The notes under the pieces were generated by a model that worked only from the letters and a program-made list of their open reading frames with translations, had not been told where the DNA came from and ran no database searches. This document shows positions 47,131 through 55,423 of a stretch of 64,000 bases of DNA, piece after piece. The stretch spans positions 1,312,001-1,376,000 of the forward strand of contig CAVQYR010000001.1 in the NCBI GenBank assembly GCA_963718235.1, read 5' to 3'. The translations under genes were made by a program, and so were the position numbers. This DNA is from an uncultured Actinomycetota bacterium (GTDB lineage Bacteria; Actinomycetota; Actinomycetes; JAHEKZ01). Each line of letters begins with the position of its first letter. Within the stretch, counting starts at the first letter, position 1.

Positions 47131-47661
47131 ATGTCCGTCACCAGCGAATCGCCCGCCAGTCCACCTCCCGCGTACTCCGACGACGCACTGGCAGCGGCTC
47201 TGGCCGACCCCCAGGTCCGGGCGTCCCTGGCCGTTCTGGCGCAGAACGCACCGACGCTCGCTTTCCTGGTGACCGCGGCCAACGAGCTGCTCGGACGCAG
47301 CCGCGACATCGTCGACAACATCCAGGGCCGGATCGAGATGGTCCGCGACGGTGTGTCGGAGGCGGACAGCAGCCAGCTCGACCAGTACACGCAGCTGCTC
47401 AAGTCGTTCGGTGACGCGTCGCCCTCGGTCCAGGCCTTCCTGCAGTCGCCGGTGCTGCAGCCGGAGGTCGTCGACGTGATCGGCCGACTCGGCCAGGCGG
47501 CGGTCGAGGCAGACCAGGCGACGAGGGGCAGGTCCGAGCGGGTCAGCCCCTGGCGGCTGTGGCGTGAGCTGCGCAGAGATCCGCACGCCGGCACCACGCT
47601 CGCGTTCGGCCTGGCGTTCGCCAAGTCGTTCGGTCGGCACCAGTCGCGCGGCGACGCGTAG
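47131..47661 (+). CDS. HucM-like (DUF1641-type) helical membrane-stalk protein
   Basis: LADPQVRASLAVL N-terminus and amphipathic C-terminus WRLWRELRRDP...AFAKSFG; first gene of the hydrogenase operon. Resemblance to HucM is from memory, not an alignment. Confidence 0.68.
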   Translation: MSVTSESPASPPPAYSDDALAAALADPQVRASLAVLAQNAPTLAFLVTAANELLGRSRDIVDNIQGRIEMVRDGVSEADSSQLDQYTQLLKSFGDASPSVQAFLQSPVLQPEVVDVIGRLGQAAVEADQATRGRSERVSPWRLWRELRRDPHAGTTLAFGLAFAKSFGRHQSRGDA

Positions 47662-47670
47662 GCCGATCGC

Positions 47671-48045
47671 ATGCACGAGCTCTCCGTCGCGCGCTCCCTG
47701 GTGAATGCGTCGCTCCAGGCGCTGGCCGAACGCGACGAGAGCAGGGCGGTTGCCGTCCAGGAGGTCCACCTCAGGCTCGGAGTGCTGTCTGGCGTGGTCC
47801 GCAGCAGTCTGGAGTTCGCCTACGACCTGGCAGTCGACGGAACCCCCTTGGCCGGATCGAGCCTCGTGGTGCACGAGGTGCCCGTCTCGGTCTACTGCCC
47901 CAGATGCGCCGCTGTCGTCGAGCTGCCCGGCACGACCAGCTTCGTCTGTCCTGGCTGCGGTACACCCACGGGCGACCTGCGTGGCGGCCGTGAGGTCGAG
48001 CTGGTCCGTCTGGTGCTCCTCGATGTGGTCGAGGAGGTGGCGTGA
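47671..48045 (+). CDS. hypA: Hydrogenase nickel metallochaperone
   Basis: MHELS N-terminus; two CxxC motifs (CPRC, CPGC). Confidence 0.95.
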   Translation: MHELSVARSLVNASLQALAERDESRAVAVQEVHLRLGVLSGVVRSSLEFAYDLAVDGTPLAGSSLVVHEVPVSVYCPRCAAVVELPGTTSFVCPGCGTPTGDLRGGREVELVRLVLLDVVEEVA

Positions 48046-48719
48046 TGGCCGCGCCCCGCATCGTCGACCTCCGGCGCGGGGTGCTGGAGAAGAACGACGT
48101 CCTGGCTGCCGAGCTGCGGGACCGCTACCGGCACGCCGAGGTGCGGGTGTCCAACTGGGTGTCCAGCCCCGGCTCGGGCAAGACGGCGCTCCTGGTGCGG
48201 GTCCTTGCCGAGGCGAGAACCCGCGGCGTGACCGTCGCCGCCCTCGTCGGTGACTGCGCCAGTGACAATGACGCACAGCGCCTGGCAACGACCGGGGTCC
48301 CGGTTCGCCAGATCGTCACCGAGGGTCTGTGCCATCTGGAGGCCGACCTCGTGGGAAAGCACCTCGACGGCTGGGAGCTCGCCTCGCTCGACCTGCTCGT
48401 CATCGAGAACGTCGGCAACCTCGTGTGTCCCACGGCGTACGACCTCGGTGAGGACGTGCGGATCGCCCTGCTCTCGGTCACCGAGGGCGAGGACAAGCCG
48501 GTGAAGTACCCACAGCTGTTCAGCTCGGCCGACCTCGTCGTGATCACCAAGATCGACCTGGCCGAGGCCGTGGAGTTCGACGAGGCAGCGGCGTTGGCGG
48601 CCGTCGCCTCGGTCAACCCGTCCGTCCCTGTCCTTTCGACGTCCGCACGAACCGGTGCCGGCGTCGACGACCTGATCGATCACCTGCTGGGTGCACCCGC
48701 CCCCGGCGAAGGCTCCTGA
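48042..48719 (+). CDS. hypB: Hydrogenase nickel-insertion GTPase
   Basis: SSPGSGKT, GLCHLEA, ENVGNLVCP, EGEDKP.KYP, TKID. Confidence 0.95.
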   Translation: MMAAPRIVDLRRGVLEKNDVLAAELRDRYRHAEVRVSNWVSSPGSGKTALLVRVLAEARTRGVTVAALVGDCASDNDAQRLATTGVPVRQIVTEGLCHLEADLVGKHLDGWELASLDLLVIENVGNLVCPTAYDLGEDVRIALLSVTEGEDKPVKYPQLFSSADLVVITKIDLAEAVEFDEAAALAAVASVNPSVPVLSTSARTGAGVDDLIDHLLGAPAPGEGS

Positions 48720-48734
48720 ACTCGGAGGTTCGAC

Positions 48735-49709
48735 ATGGCTTCGGTGCTGTGGTTCCAGGGCGGCGCGTGCAGCGGCAACACGATGTCGTTCATCAACGCG
48801 TCCGAGCCGAGTGTCGTCGACCTCATCGTCGACTTCGGACTCGAGATCGTCTACCACCCCACGCTCAGCATGGAGATCGGCCAGCAGGCGCAGGACCTGT
48901 TCTGGCAGTACGCCCGGGGCGAGAAGACCATCGACATCTTCGTCTACGAGGGCACGGTCATCACCGAGCCCAACGGCAGCGGCCGCATGGACATGTTCGC
49001 CGGACGCCCGATGAAGGACTGGGTCGACGACATCGCGCCCAAGGCAGGAATCGTGGTGGCCATTGGTGACTGCGCCACCTACGGCGGGCTCCCCGCAGTG
49101 CCGCCCAACCCGAGCGGGTCTCGCGGACTCCAGTACGACCGCGGCGGCAAGCGAGGCGGGTACCTGGGCCCGGACTTCACGAGCACGCTCGGACTTCCGG
49201 TGGTGAACATCCCTGGCTGCCCCGCTCATCCCGACTGGATCAGCCAGATCCTCGTGGCTCTGGCGGCCGGGCGGGTCAGCGACATCGCGTTGGACGAGCT
49301 GCAGCGTCCGAGCACGTTCTTCACCACGTTCACCCAGACCGGTTGCACGCGCGTGCAGTACTTCATGTTCAAGCAGGACCCACCGGAGTTCGGACAAGGC
49401 ACCCGCCGGGGCTGCCTGTACTACGAGTTCGGCTGCAGGGGCCCGATGACCCACTCGCCGTGCAACAAGATCCTGTGGAACCGGCAGTCGTCGAAGACCC
49501 GGGCAGGCATGCCGTGCACGGGGTGCACCGAGCCGGGCTACCCGCACGGCGACCTCGAGGTGGGCACGGTGTTCAAGACCCAGAAGGTCGCAGGTGTCAT
49601 CCCGAAGGAGGAGCCACAGGGCATGGACGCCCTCAGCTACATGGCACTTGCGGGGGTCGCCTCGGCCGTCGCACCCGACTGGTCCAAGAAGGACATGTTC
49701 GTCGTCTGA
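48735..49709 (+). CDS. hucS: Group 2a [NiFe]-hydrogenase small subunit (HucS/HupS-like, no Tat signal)
   Basis: WFQGGACSGNTMSF, GDCA, PGCPAHP, TQTGCTR, GCRGPMTHSPCN, MPCTGC. Confidence 0.92.
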   Translation: MASVLWFQGGACSGNTMSFINASEPSVVDLIVDFGLEIVYHPTLSMEIGQQAQDLFWQYARGEKTIDIFVYEGTVITEPNGSGRMDMFAGRPMKDWVDDIAPKAGIVVAIGDCATYGGLPAVPPNPSGSRGLQYDRGGKRGGYLGPDFTSTLGLPVVNIPGCPAHPDWISQILVALAAGRVSDIALDELQRPSTFFTTFTQTGCTRVQYFMFKQDPPEFGQGTRRGCLYYEFGCRGPMTHSPCNKILWNRQSSKTRAGMPCTGCTEPGYPHGDLEVGTVFKTQKVAGVIPKEEPQGMDALSYMALAGVASAVAPDWSKKDMFVV

Positions 49710-49740
49710 CCATCCCGAGCGAGAAGAGAGTGAACCTGCC

Positions 49741-51348
49741 ATGACCGTCATGGACCTCAACGTCAGTCCGCTCGGACAGGTCGAGGGCGACCTCGACGTG
49801 CGAGTCACCGTCACCGACGGCGTCGTCACCGACGCCTGGACCGAAGCCGCGATGTTCCGTGGCTTCGAGATCATCCTGCGCGGCAAGGACCCGCAGGCTG
49901 GTCTCATCATGACCCCCCGCATCTGTGGCATCTGCGGCGGCAGCCATCTCTACAAGGCCTGCTACGCGATCGACACCGCATGGGGCACCACCGTTCCGCC
50001 CAACGCGACCCGAGTGCGCAACATCGCCCAGGCCTGCGAGACGCTGCAGAGCATTCCACGGTGGTTCTACGCGATCATGGGCCCCGAGCTCACGGCCGCG
50101 CAGTACGCAGGCGCCGACCTGTATGCCGAGGCAACCCGGCGCTTCGCGCCGTACGTGGGCGTGGGCTACCAGAGCGGCGTCACGTTGTCCCAGCTGCCGG
50201 TCGAGATCTACGCCATCTTCGGTGGGCAGTGGCCGCACTCCTCGTTCATGATCCCCGGCGGCGTGATGAGTGCGCCGACGCTGTCCGACGTCACCCGCTC
50301 GATCTCGATCCTCGAGCACTGGAAAGACGAGTGGCTGGAGAAGCAGTGGCTCGGCTGCTCGGTCGACCGCTGGCTGGAGATCAAGACCTGGGACGACGTC
50401 CAAGCCTGGATGGACGAGAACGAGTCGCAGCGCAACAGCGACTGTGCGGTGTTCCTGAGGTATGCCCAGCAGATCGGGCTCGACTCCTACGGGCAGGGGT
50501 ACGGCAACTACCTGGCGGCTGGCACTTTCCTCAACCCGGAGACGTACACCCAGCCCACCATCGACGGCCGCAACGACTCGTTGATCTCGCGTTCGGGCAT
50601 CTATGCCGACGGTGACTGGTTCGACTTCGACCAGGCGCGGGTCACCGAGGACATCACGCACTCGTACTACGCCGGGACCGGGTCCCGACACCCCTTCGAC
50701 GGCGTCACCGAGCCGATCGACCCGGCCGAGGGAGCCAAGCAGGGCAAGTACACCTGGGCCAAGGCTCCCCGCTATGACGTCCCGAACCTGGGCTTCGTAC
50801 CGCTGGAGGTCGGTCCGTTGGCCCGCCAGGTCCTCGCTGCACGGCCGGGCGCGGCTGACTGGCAGGACGGCGACCCGTTCATCAAGAACGTCATCGACGC
50901 CATCGGTCCCAGCGTCATGACCCGGGTGCTCGCCCGGGTGCACGAGGCACCGAAGTACTACAAGCGGGTGCGCGCCTGGCTGGACGAGCTCGACCTGCAC
51001 GAGGACTTCTACGTGAAGCCGGCCGAGCCCCCGGACGGCCGGGGATTCGGTGGCACCGAGGCAGCGCGTGGTGCGCTGTGCGACTGGGTGGTGCTCGAGG
51101 GGGGCAAGATCAAGAACTACCAGGTGGTCACCCCTACGGCGTGGAACATCGGGCCCCGTGACGGCAACGACGCGGTCGGGCCGATGGAGAAGTCCTTCCT
51201 CGGAACGCCCATCGAGAACCCGGAGAACCCGGTCGAGCTCGCCCAGGTGGCGCACTCCTTCGACTCGTGCCTGGTGTGCACCGTGCACGCGTATGACGGC
51301 AAGACGGGCAAGGAGCTGTACCGGTTCCGTATGGACGGCATGGGTTGA
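49741..51348 (+). CDS. hucL: Group 2a [NiFe]-hydrogenase large subunit (HucL/HupL-like)
   Basis: L1 PRICGICGGSH, GGQWPHSS, EAARG, L2 SFDSCLVCTVH followed by a cleavable C-terminal tail. Confidence 0.93.
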   Translation: MTVMDLNVSPLGQVEGDLDVRVTVTDGVVTDAWTEAAMFRGFEIILRGKDPQAGLIMTPRICGICGGSHLYKACYAIDTAWGTTVPPNATRVRNIAQACETLQSIPRWFYAIMGPELTAAQYAGADLYAEATRRFAPYVGVGYQSGVTLSQLPVEIYAIFGGQWPHSSFMIPGGVMSAPTLSDVTRSISILEHWKDEWLEKQWLGCSVDRWLEIKTWDDVQAWMDENESQRNSDCAVFLRYAQQIGLDSYGQGYGNYLAAGTFLNPETYTQPTIDGRNDSLISRSGIYADGDWFDFDQARVTEDITHSYYAGTGSRHPFDGVTEPIDPAEGAKQGKYTWAKAPRYDVPNLGFVPLEVGPLARQVLAARPGAADWQDGDPFIKNVIDAIGPSVMTRVLARVHEAPKYYKRVRAWLDELDLHEDFYVKPAEPPDGRGFGGTEAARGALCDWVVLEGGKIKNYQVVTPTAWNIGPRDGNDAVGPMEKSFLGTPIENPENPVELAQVAHSFDSCLVCTVHAYDGKTGKELYRFRMDGMG

Positions 51349-51884
51349 GCGACGACCGCTCCGCGGCAGAGCGTCTGACCGAGCTCTTGGGGCGGACTCC
51401 GCCTGAGCTGCTCGTGGTGGGGTGCGGCAACCTCCTTCGTGGTGACGACGCGGTCGGACCGGTCTTCGTCCGCCTCCTGGCCGAGCGGGGCGTGCCCGAC
51501 ACCGTGCGACTGGTCGACGGCGGCACGGCCGGCATGGATGTCGCGTTCGCGATGAGGGGTGCCCGCCGCGTGGTCGTCGTCGATGCTTCGCGGCTGGGTG
51601 TGCAGCCTGGGACGGTGCACCGGGTGCCAGGGGATCAGCTGGTCGACCTCACCCCGCCGGCCGGCAACTTGCACCGGCTGCGCTGGGACCAGGCCCTCGG
51701 GTTCGCCCAGTGGATGTTGGGCAGCGACTACCCCGAAGCGGTCGAGGTCTGGCTCATCGAGGGCGCGTCCTTCGAGGTGGGGGCCGCACTCAGCGCGCCG
51801 GTGGAGACGGCGGTGGAGCACCTGGTCGACCGTTGGTGCGAGGAGTGGCCCATGACGCTGGTCGAGGCACGGGATGTCGGGTGA
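51345..51884 (+). CDS. Hydrogenase maturation endopeptidase
   Basis: VGCGNLLRGDDAVG, VDGGTAG, VVVDA. Confidence 0.92.
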   Translation: MSDDRSAAERLTELLGRTPPELLVVGCGNLLRGDDAVGPVFVRLLAERGVPDTVRLVDGGTAGMDVAFAMRGARRVVVVDASRLGVQPGTVHRVPGDQLVDLTPPAGNLHRLRWDQALGFAQWMLGSDYPEAVEVWLIEGASFEVGAALSAPVETAVEHLVDRWCEEWPMTLVEARDVG

Positions 51885-52098
51885 CGGGGGTCCGCGCGGC
51901 GCCGAGGAAGCCCTCGGCCTTCGGGCCGACGTCGTCCTCGAGCACGGCGAGTACGCCGTGTACCTCGACGTGGTGCTGGTCTCGGGGGCGGTCCGCAAGA
52001 AGATCGGCGTCTGGCCGGACCGGCGCCGAGCTGAGGTCGCGGCCCGGGAGATCCAGCGGCAGGCTGGGCGTCACATCCACCGAACCCGAGGCAGCTGA
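51874..52098 (+). CDS. Small hypothetical protein in the hydrogenase cluster
   Basis: Co-oriented 74-aa ORF (VYLDVV...RRAEVAAREIQRQAGR) overlapping the protease stop. Confidence 0.6.
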   Translation: MSGDGGPRGAEEALGLRADVVLEHGEYAVYLDVVLVSGAVRKKIGVWPDRRRAEVAAREIQRQAGRHIHRTRGS

Positions 52099-52110
52099 AG
52101 GCGTGAAGTC

Positions 52111-53385
52111 GTGACCGAGCTCTCCACCCGCGGACTGCTCCCGGTCTTCACCCAGCCACTGGGTGCGCTGCCCTGGCCGGCCGGGATGCTGCTCCTGGGC
52201 GAGGGAGCCGACGTGGAGGCCACGGCGTGGCTGCTTCGTCGCGGGGGTGAACCCGACGTCTGGCCGGTCTCGACCGCCTTTCTGGCCGCCGCCCTTCGCG
52301 ACGACCTCGATGCGGCCCTGGCGTCGTTGGATCCCGACGACCCGTTGAGCAGGTACAACGAGGCCGTTCTCGTCGGTGACGCGCAGGCGTGGGAGGTCGT
52401 CGCCCACAGCGAGCTGGCCGACGATCCGGTCGTAGCCGCCTTGGTGCACACCGCCCGCTACAGCCTCGGACTCGTCCAGACGGCGCCGGATCCGCTCGAC
52501 GGACCAGGAGAGGTGGAGGCGGTGGTGCACGCCGCCCGGGCCTCGGCCGCCCTCGAGGCCGGTGACTTCGACCCGGCGCTCGACGAGCTCGACTCAGGGG
52601 CCACAGCCGCGCAGCGGTGCGACAGTCCGGTGCTGGCAGCGTCGCTGAGGGGCACTCGGGCCGAGCTGCTGCGCGACCAGCTGGGTCGTCCTCAGGAGGC
52701 CTTGGAGGAGGGTCAGCGGGCATTGGCGCTGCTCGAGTCGGACGCCGTCGACAGCGGGTCGGTGCGTGAGCTGAAGGCCGACCTCACCCTCACCCTGGCG
52801 TTGACCCGCCAAGAGCTCGCGGTGGACCAGCCCCAGCTGCTGACCGAGGTGATCGCCGATCTCCAGCGGTGTCTGCACACGTACACCGAGGACGACTACC
52901 CCGAGCAGTTCGCGGTGTGCAGCCACCACCTGGCCCTGGCCTACCTGGTGCTCCCGGCCTCGCAGCAGGCGGACCGGATCCGGTCCGGCGTCGCCGTCAA
53001 CGCCCTCCGAGGTGCCCTGCGGGTCTACCGGCCGGAGACCCATCCGGTCGCCTGGGCCAGCACGACGCTCAACCTCGCGAACGCACTGCAGTACCTGCCG
53101 AGCGCCGTGCCCGAGCAGCACCTCACCGAGGCCGTCGACCTGTACGAGCAGGTTCTGCAGCACCGCGATGCGACCCGCGACCCCGTCGGGTCGGCACGAG
53201 TCCTGGCCAACCAGGGGAACGCCTTGGCGCACCTCGGTGCTTTCGTCGACGCCCATGACCGGTTGGGCCGGGCCCGCCGGCTCTTCGTCACCGCGAACGA
53301 CACCGACGGGGTGGCCCATGTCGACGAGCTGCTGGCCGGTGTGCTGCACGCCGAGCGCGCAGCCCCAGCAGCCCAGGGGGGTTGA
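52111..53385 (+). CDS. TPR-like helical repeat protein (hydrogenase accessory)
   Basis: VFTQPLG N-terminus; repeats LNLANALQYLP, EAVDLYEQVL, ARVLANQGNALAHLG. Confidence 0.78.
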   Translation: MTELSTRGLLPVFTQPLGALPWPAGMLLLGEGADVEATAWLLRRGGEPDVWPVSTAFLAAALRDDLDAALASLDPDDPLSRYNEAVLVGDAQAWEVVAHSELADDPVVAALVHTARYSLGLVQTAPDPLDGPGEVEAVVHAARASAALEAGDFDPALDELDSGATAAQRCDSPVLAASLRGTRAELLRDQLGRPQEALEEGQRALALLESDAVDSGSVRELKADLTLTLALTRQELAVDQPQLLTEVIADLQRCLHTYTEDDYPEQFAVCSHHLALAYLVLPASQQADRIRSGVAVNALRGALRVYRPETHPVAWASTTLNLANALQYLPSAVPEQHLTEAVDLYEQVLQHRDATRDPVGSARVLANQGNALAHLGAFVDAHDRLGRARRLFVTANDTDGVAHVDELLAGVLHAERAAPAAQGG

Positions 53386-53748
53386 GTGGAACCCTTCCTG
53401 CAGCAGCAGTTCGAGCTTCAGCTGGCCGAGGCTGCCGAGCGGCTGGCCGAGCGAGCGGTCCACCGGTGCGGGGGGAACGAGCGCGCCTTGGCCCAGCTCC
53501 AGGCAGACCCGGACGGCGAAGGCGTCTGGGCTTCGCAGTTCGTCGAGGCATTCTTCGCCGAGCAGCTGCTCGACAACGTCGCTGGATCATGCTTCGTGCT
53601 CCAGGCGCTGGCCCGTCGAGAGGTGCCACACGACCCGGGCGGAGCCGTCGAGCAGGTGCTCGGGCGCCTGGCCCGGGTCGCCTTCACCGAGGTGCTGACC
53701 AAGCAGACGGCACAGCTGCTTCAGCGTGCCCTGGTGTTCGAGGGATGA
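53386..53748 (+). CDS. Hypothetical protein (hydrogenase accessory)
   Basis: Starts right after the TPR stop and is coupled to the NifU-like gene; LLDNVAGSCFVLQAL. Confidence 0.7.
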   Translation: MEPFLQQQFELQLAEAAERLAERAVHRCGGNERALAQLQADPDGEGVWASQFVEAFFAEQLLDNVAGSCFVLQALARREVPHDPGGAVEQVLGRLARVAFTEVLTKQTAQLLQRALVFEG

Positions 53749-54293
53749 CCATGACGACAGACACCGACCAGCTGGGCTTCGCCGACCTGGCTCGACGGGT
53801 CGACGAGCTGCGTGACCGGGTCCAGCACAGCGACGACCACGTCCGGTCGCTGCTCGAGGAGACCCTCGATGCGGTTACGGCGTTCAACCGGGCGGGGCTC
53901 GTCACGTTGGTCGGCATGCTGCGCAACGACCCGCAGGCGTGCGAGGTGCTGTACCGCTCCATGGACGAGCCGGAGGTCATGGCGCTGCTCGTGGCGCACG
54001 ACATCGTCCATGCCGGTCGCGCCGTCGACGTCCTGCGAGCGGTCGAGCAGATCCGTCCGTACCTCGTGGCCAGCAGCGCCGACGTCGAGGTCGTGAGCGT
54101 CGACGACGACGTCGTCACCCTTCGTTTCGGGGGCGGGGGCTGCGGGGGAGTCTCCGACGAGCTGAAGCAAGGCGTGCGCGAGGTGCTGATGACCCGAGTG
54201 CCGGGTCTACGGGCCGTCGAGGAAGTCGCGGCCACCCCGACCGCCTCCGCTCAGGCGTTCGTACCCCTGACCTCGCTCACGGTCGGTCCGTGA
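53745..54293 (+). CDS. NifU-like protein (hydrogenase accessory)
   Basis: VEQIRPYLVASSADVEVVSV...VTLRF NifU fold; DEPEVMALL; the CxxC is degenerate. Confidence 0.75.
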   Translation: MTMTTDTDQLGFADLARRVDELRDRVQHSDDHVRSLLEETLDAVTAFNRAGLVTLVGMLRNDPQACEVLYRSMDEPEVMALLVAHDIVHAGRAVDVLRAVEQIRPYLVASSADVEVVSVDDDVVTLRFGGGGCGGVSDELKQGVREVLMTRVPGLRAVEEVAATPTASAQAFVPLTSLTVGP

Positions 54294-55423
54294 CCGTTTC
54301 GGCCACGCAGACCTGGCAACCGGTACGTCGCCTCGGCGCGGCCTCACCCGGCGGCCTGGCCCTGCCGGCGGCCCTGCCGACTCCCGGACAGATGTATGCG
54401 CCCCGCGGGGTCTGGACCGACGGACGCCGCGTCGTGATCGCCGACACCGGCAACCACCGTGTGCTCATCTGGCACGACTGGCCCGCCGTCGACGGAGCGC
54501 CGGCGGATGTGGTGCTCGGACAGCCGGACTTCTCCACCGAGGGGCCGGCCGCCGGGGGTCGTGGGCCCGAACGGGGCCTGAACCTGCCGACCGGGGTCAG
54601 GGTGGTCGGGGGGCAGCTCGTCGTCGCCGACGCCTGGCACCACCGGCTGGTGGCCTACGACGGCGTTCCTCAGACCAGTGACGTCGAGCCCGTGTGGGTC
54701 CTCGGCCAACGCGACCTCACCCGTGTGGAGCCCAACGCCGGCGGCGAGCCGTCCTTGTCCACGCTGTACTGGCCGTTCGGCTTCGGGTCGGTGGGCGAGG
54801 TGTTCTGGGTCTGCGACACGGGCAACCGCCGCGTGCTCGGCTGGCGGACGTCTGGCGACGCTCTTCCGACGCCCGGCTCGGCGGCGGACGTGCTCCTCGG
54901 GCAGGCGTCCCCTGACCAGCGGGCGGACAACCGAGGTGTGGACCTGGACGCGAGTGCCTTTCGCTGGCCTCACGCGGTTGCCGGCGACGAGGACACGCTG
55001 TACGTCGCCGACGCGGGAAACCACCGGGTGCTCGGCTGGACCCCGGGCCCGGGCGCCGACGGTCCGGCCGATCTGGTGCTCGGCCAGCGCAGCTTCGACC
55101 TCGCCGCGGAGTTCAAGAACCAGCCGCAGGGAGCCGCCCGACTGCGTTTCCCGTACTCCTGTGTGAGCGACCAGACTCGCCTCTTCGTGGCTGACACCTC
55201 GAACAACCGAGTGCTGATCTGGCACGAGCGGCCGGTCAGGGGAGCGGGTGTCGCAGCCGACACCGTGCTCGCACAACCCGATGTCGACGCCAACGGCGAG
55301 AACCGGTGGGACGTCGTCGCCGACGACAGCCTCTGCTGGCCGTACGGGCTGTCGCTCGCCGGTGACCTGCTGGCCGTTGCCGACTCGGGCAACAACCGGG
55401 TCGTGCTGTGGCAGGCCCGATGA
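54290..55423 (+). CDS. NHL-repeat beta-propeller protein
   Basis: Repeated ADTGNHRVL, ADAWHHRL, ADAGNHRVL and ADSGNNRV units with PADVVLGQ. Confidence 0.88.
   Translation: MTVSATQTWQPVRRLGAASPGGLALPAALPTPGQMYAPRGVWTDGRRVVIADTGNHRVLIWHDWPAVDGAPADVVLGQPDFSTEGPAAGGRGPERGLNLPTGVRVVGGQLVVADAWHHRLVAYDGVPQTSDVEPVWVLGQRDLTRVEPNAGGEPSLSTLYWPFGFGSVGEVFWVCDTGNRRVLGWRTSGDALPTPGSAADVLLGQASPDQRADNRGVDLDASAFRWPHAVAGDEDTLYVADAGNHRVLGWTPGPGADGPADLVLGQRSFDLAAEFKNQPQGAARLRFPYSCVSDQTRLFVADTSNNRVLIWHERPVRGAGVAADTVLAQPDVDANGENRWDVVADDSLCWPYGLSLAGDLLAVADSGNNRVVLWQAR

Noticed and set aside
54128-54148. G-quadruplex in the NifU-like gene
   Set aside because: Only three G-tracts, and they are explained by Gly codons.
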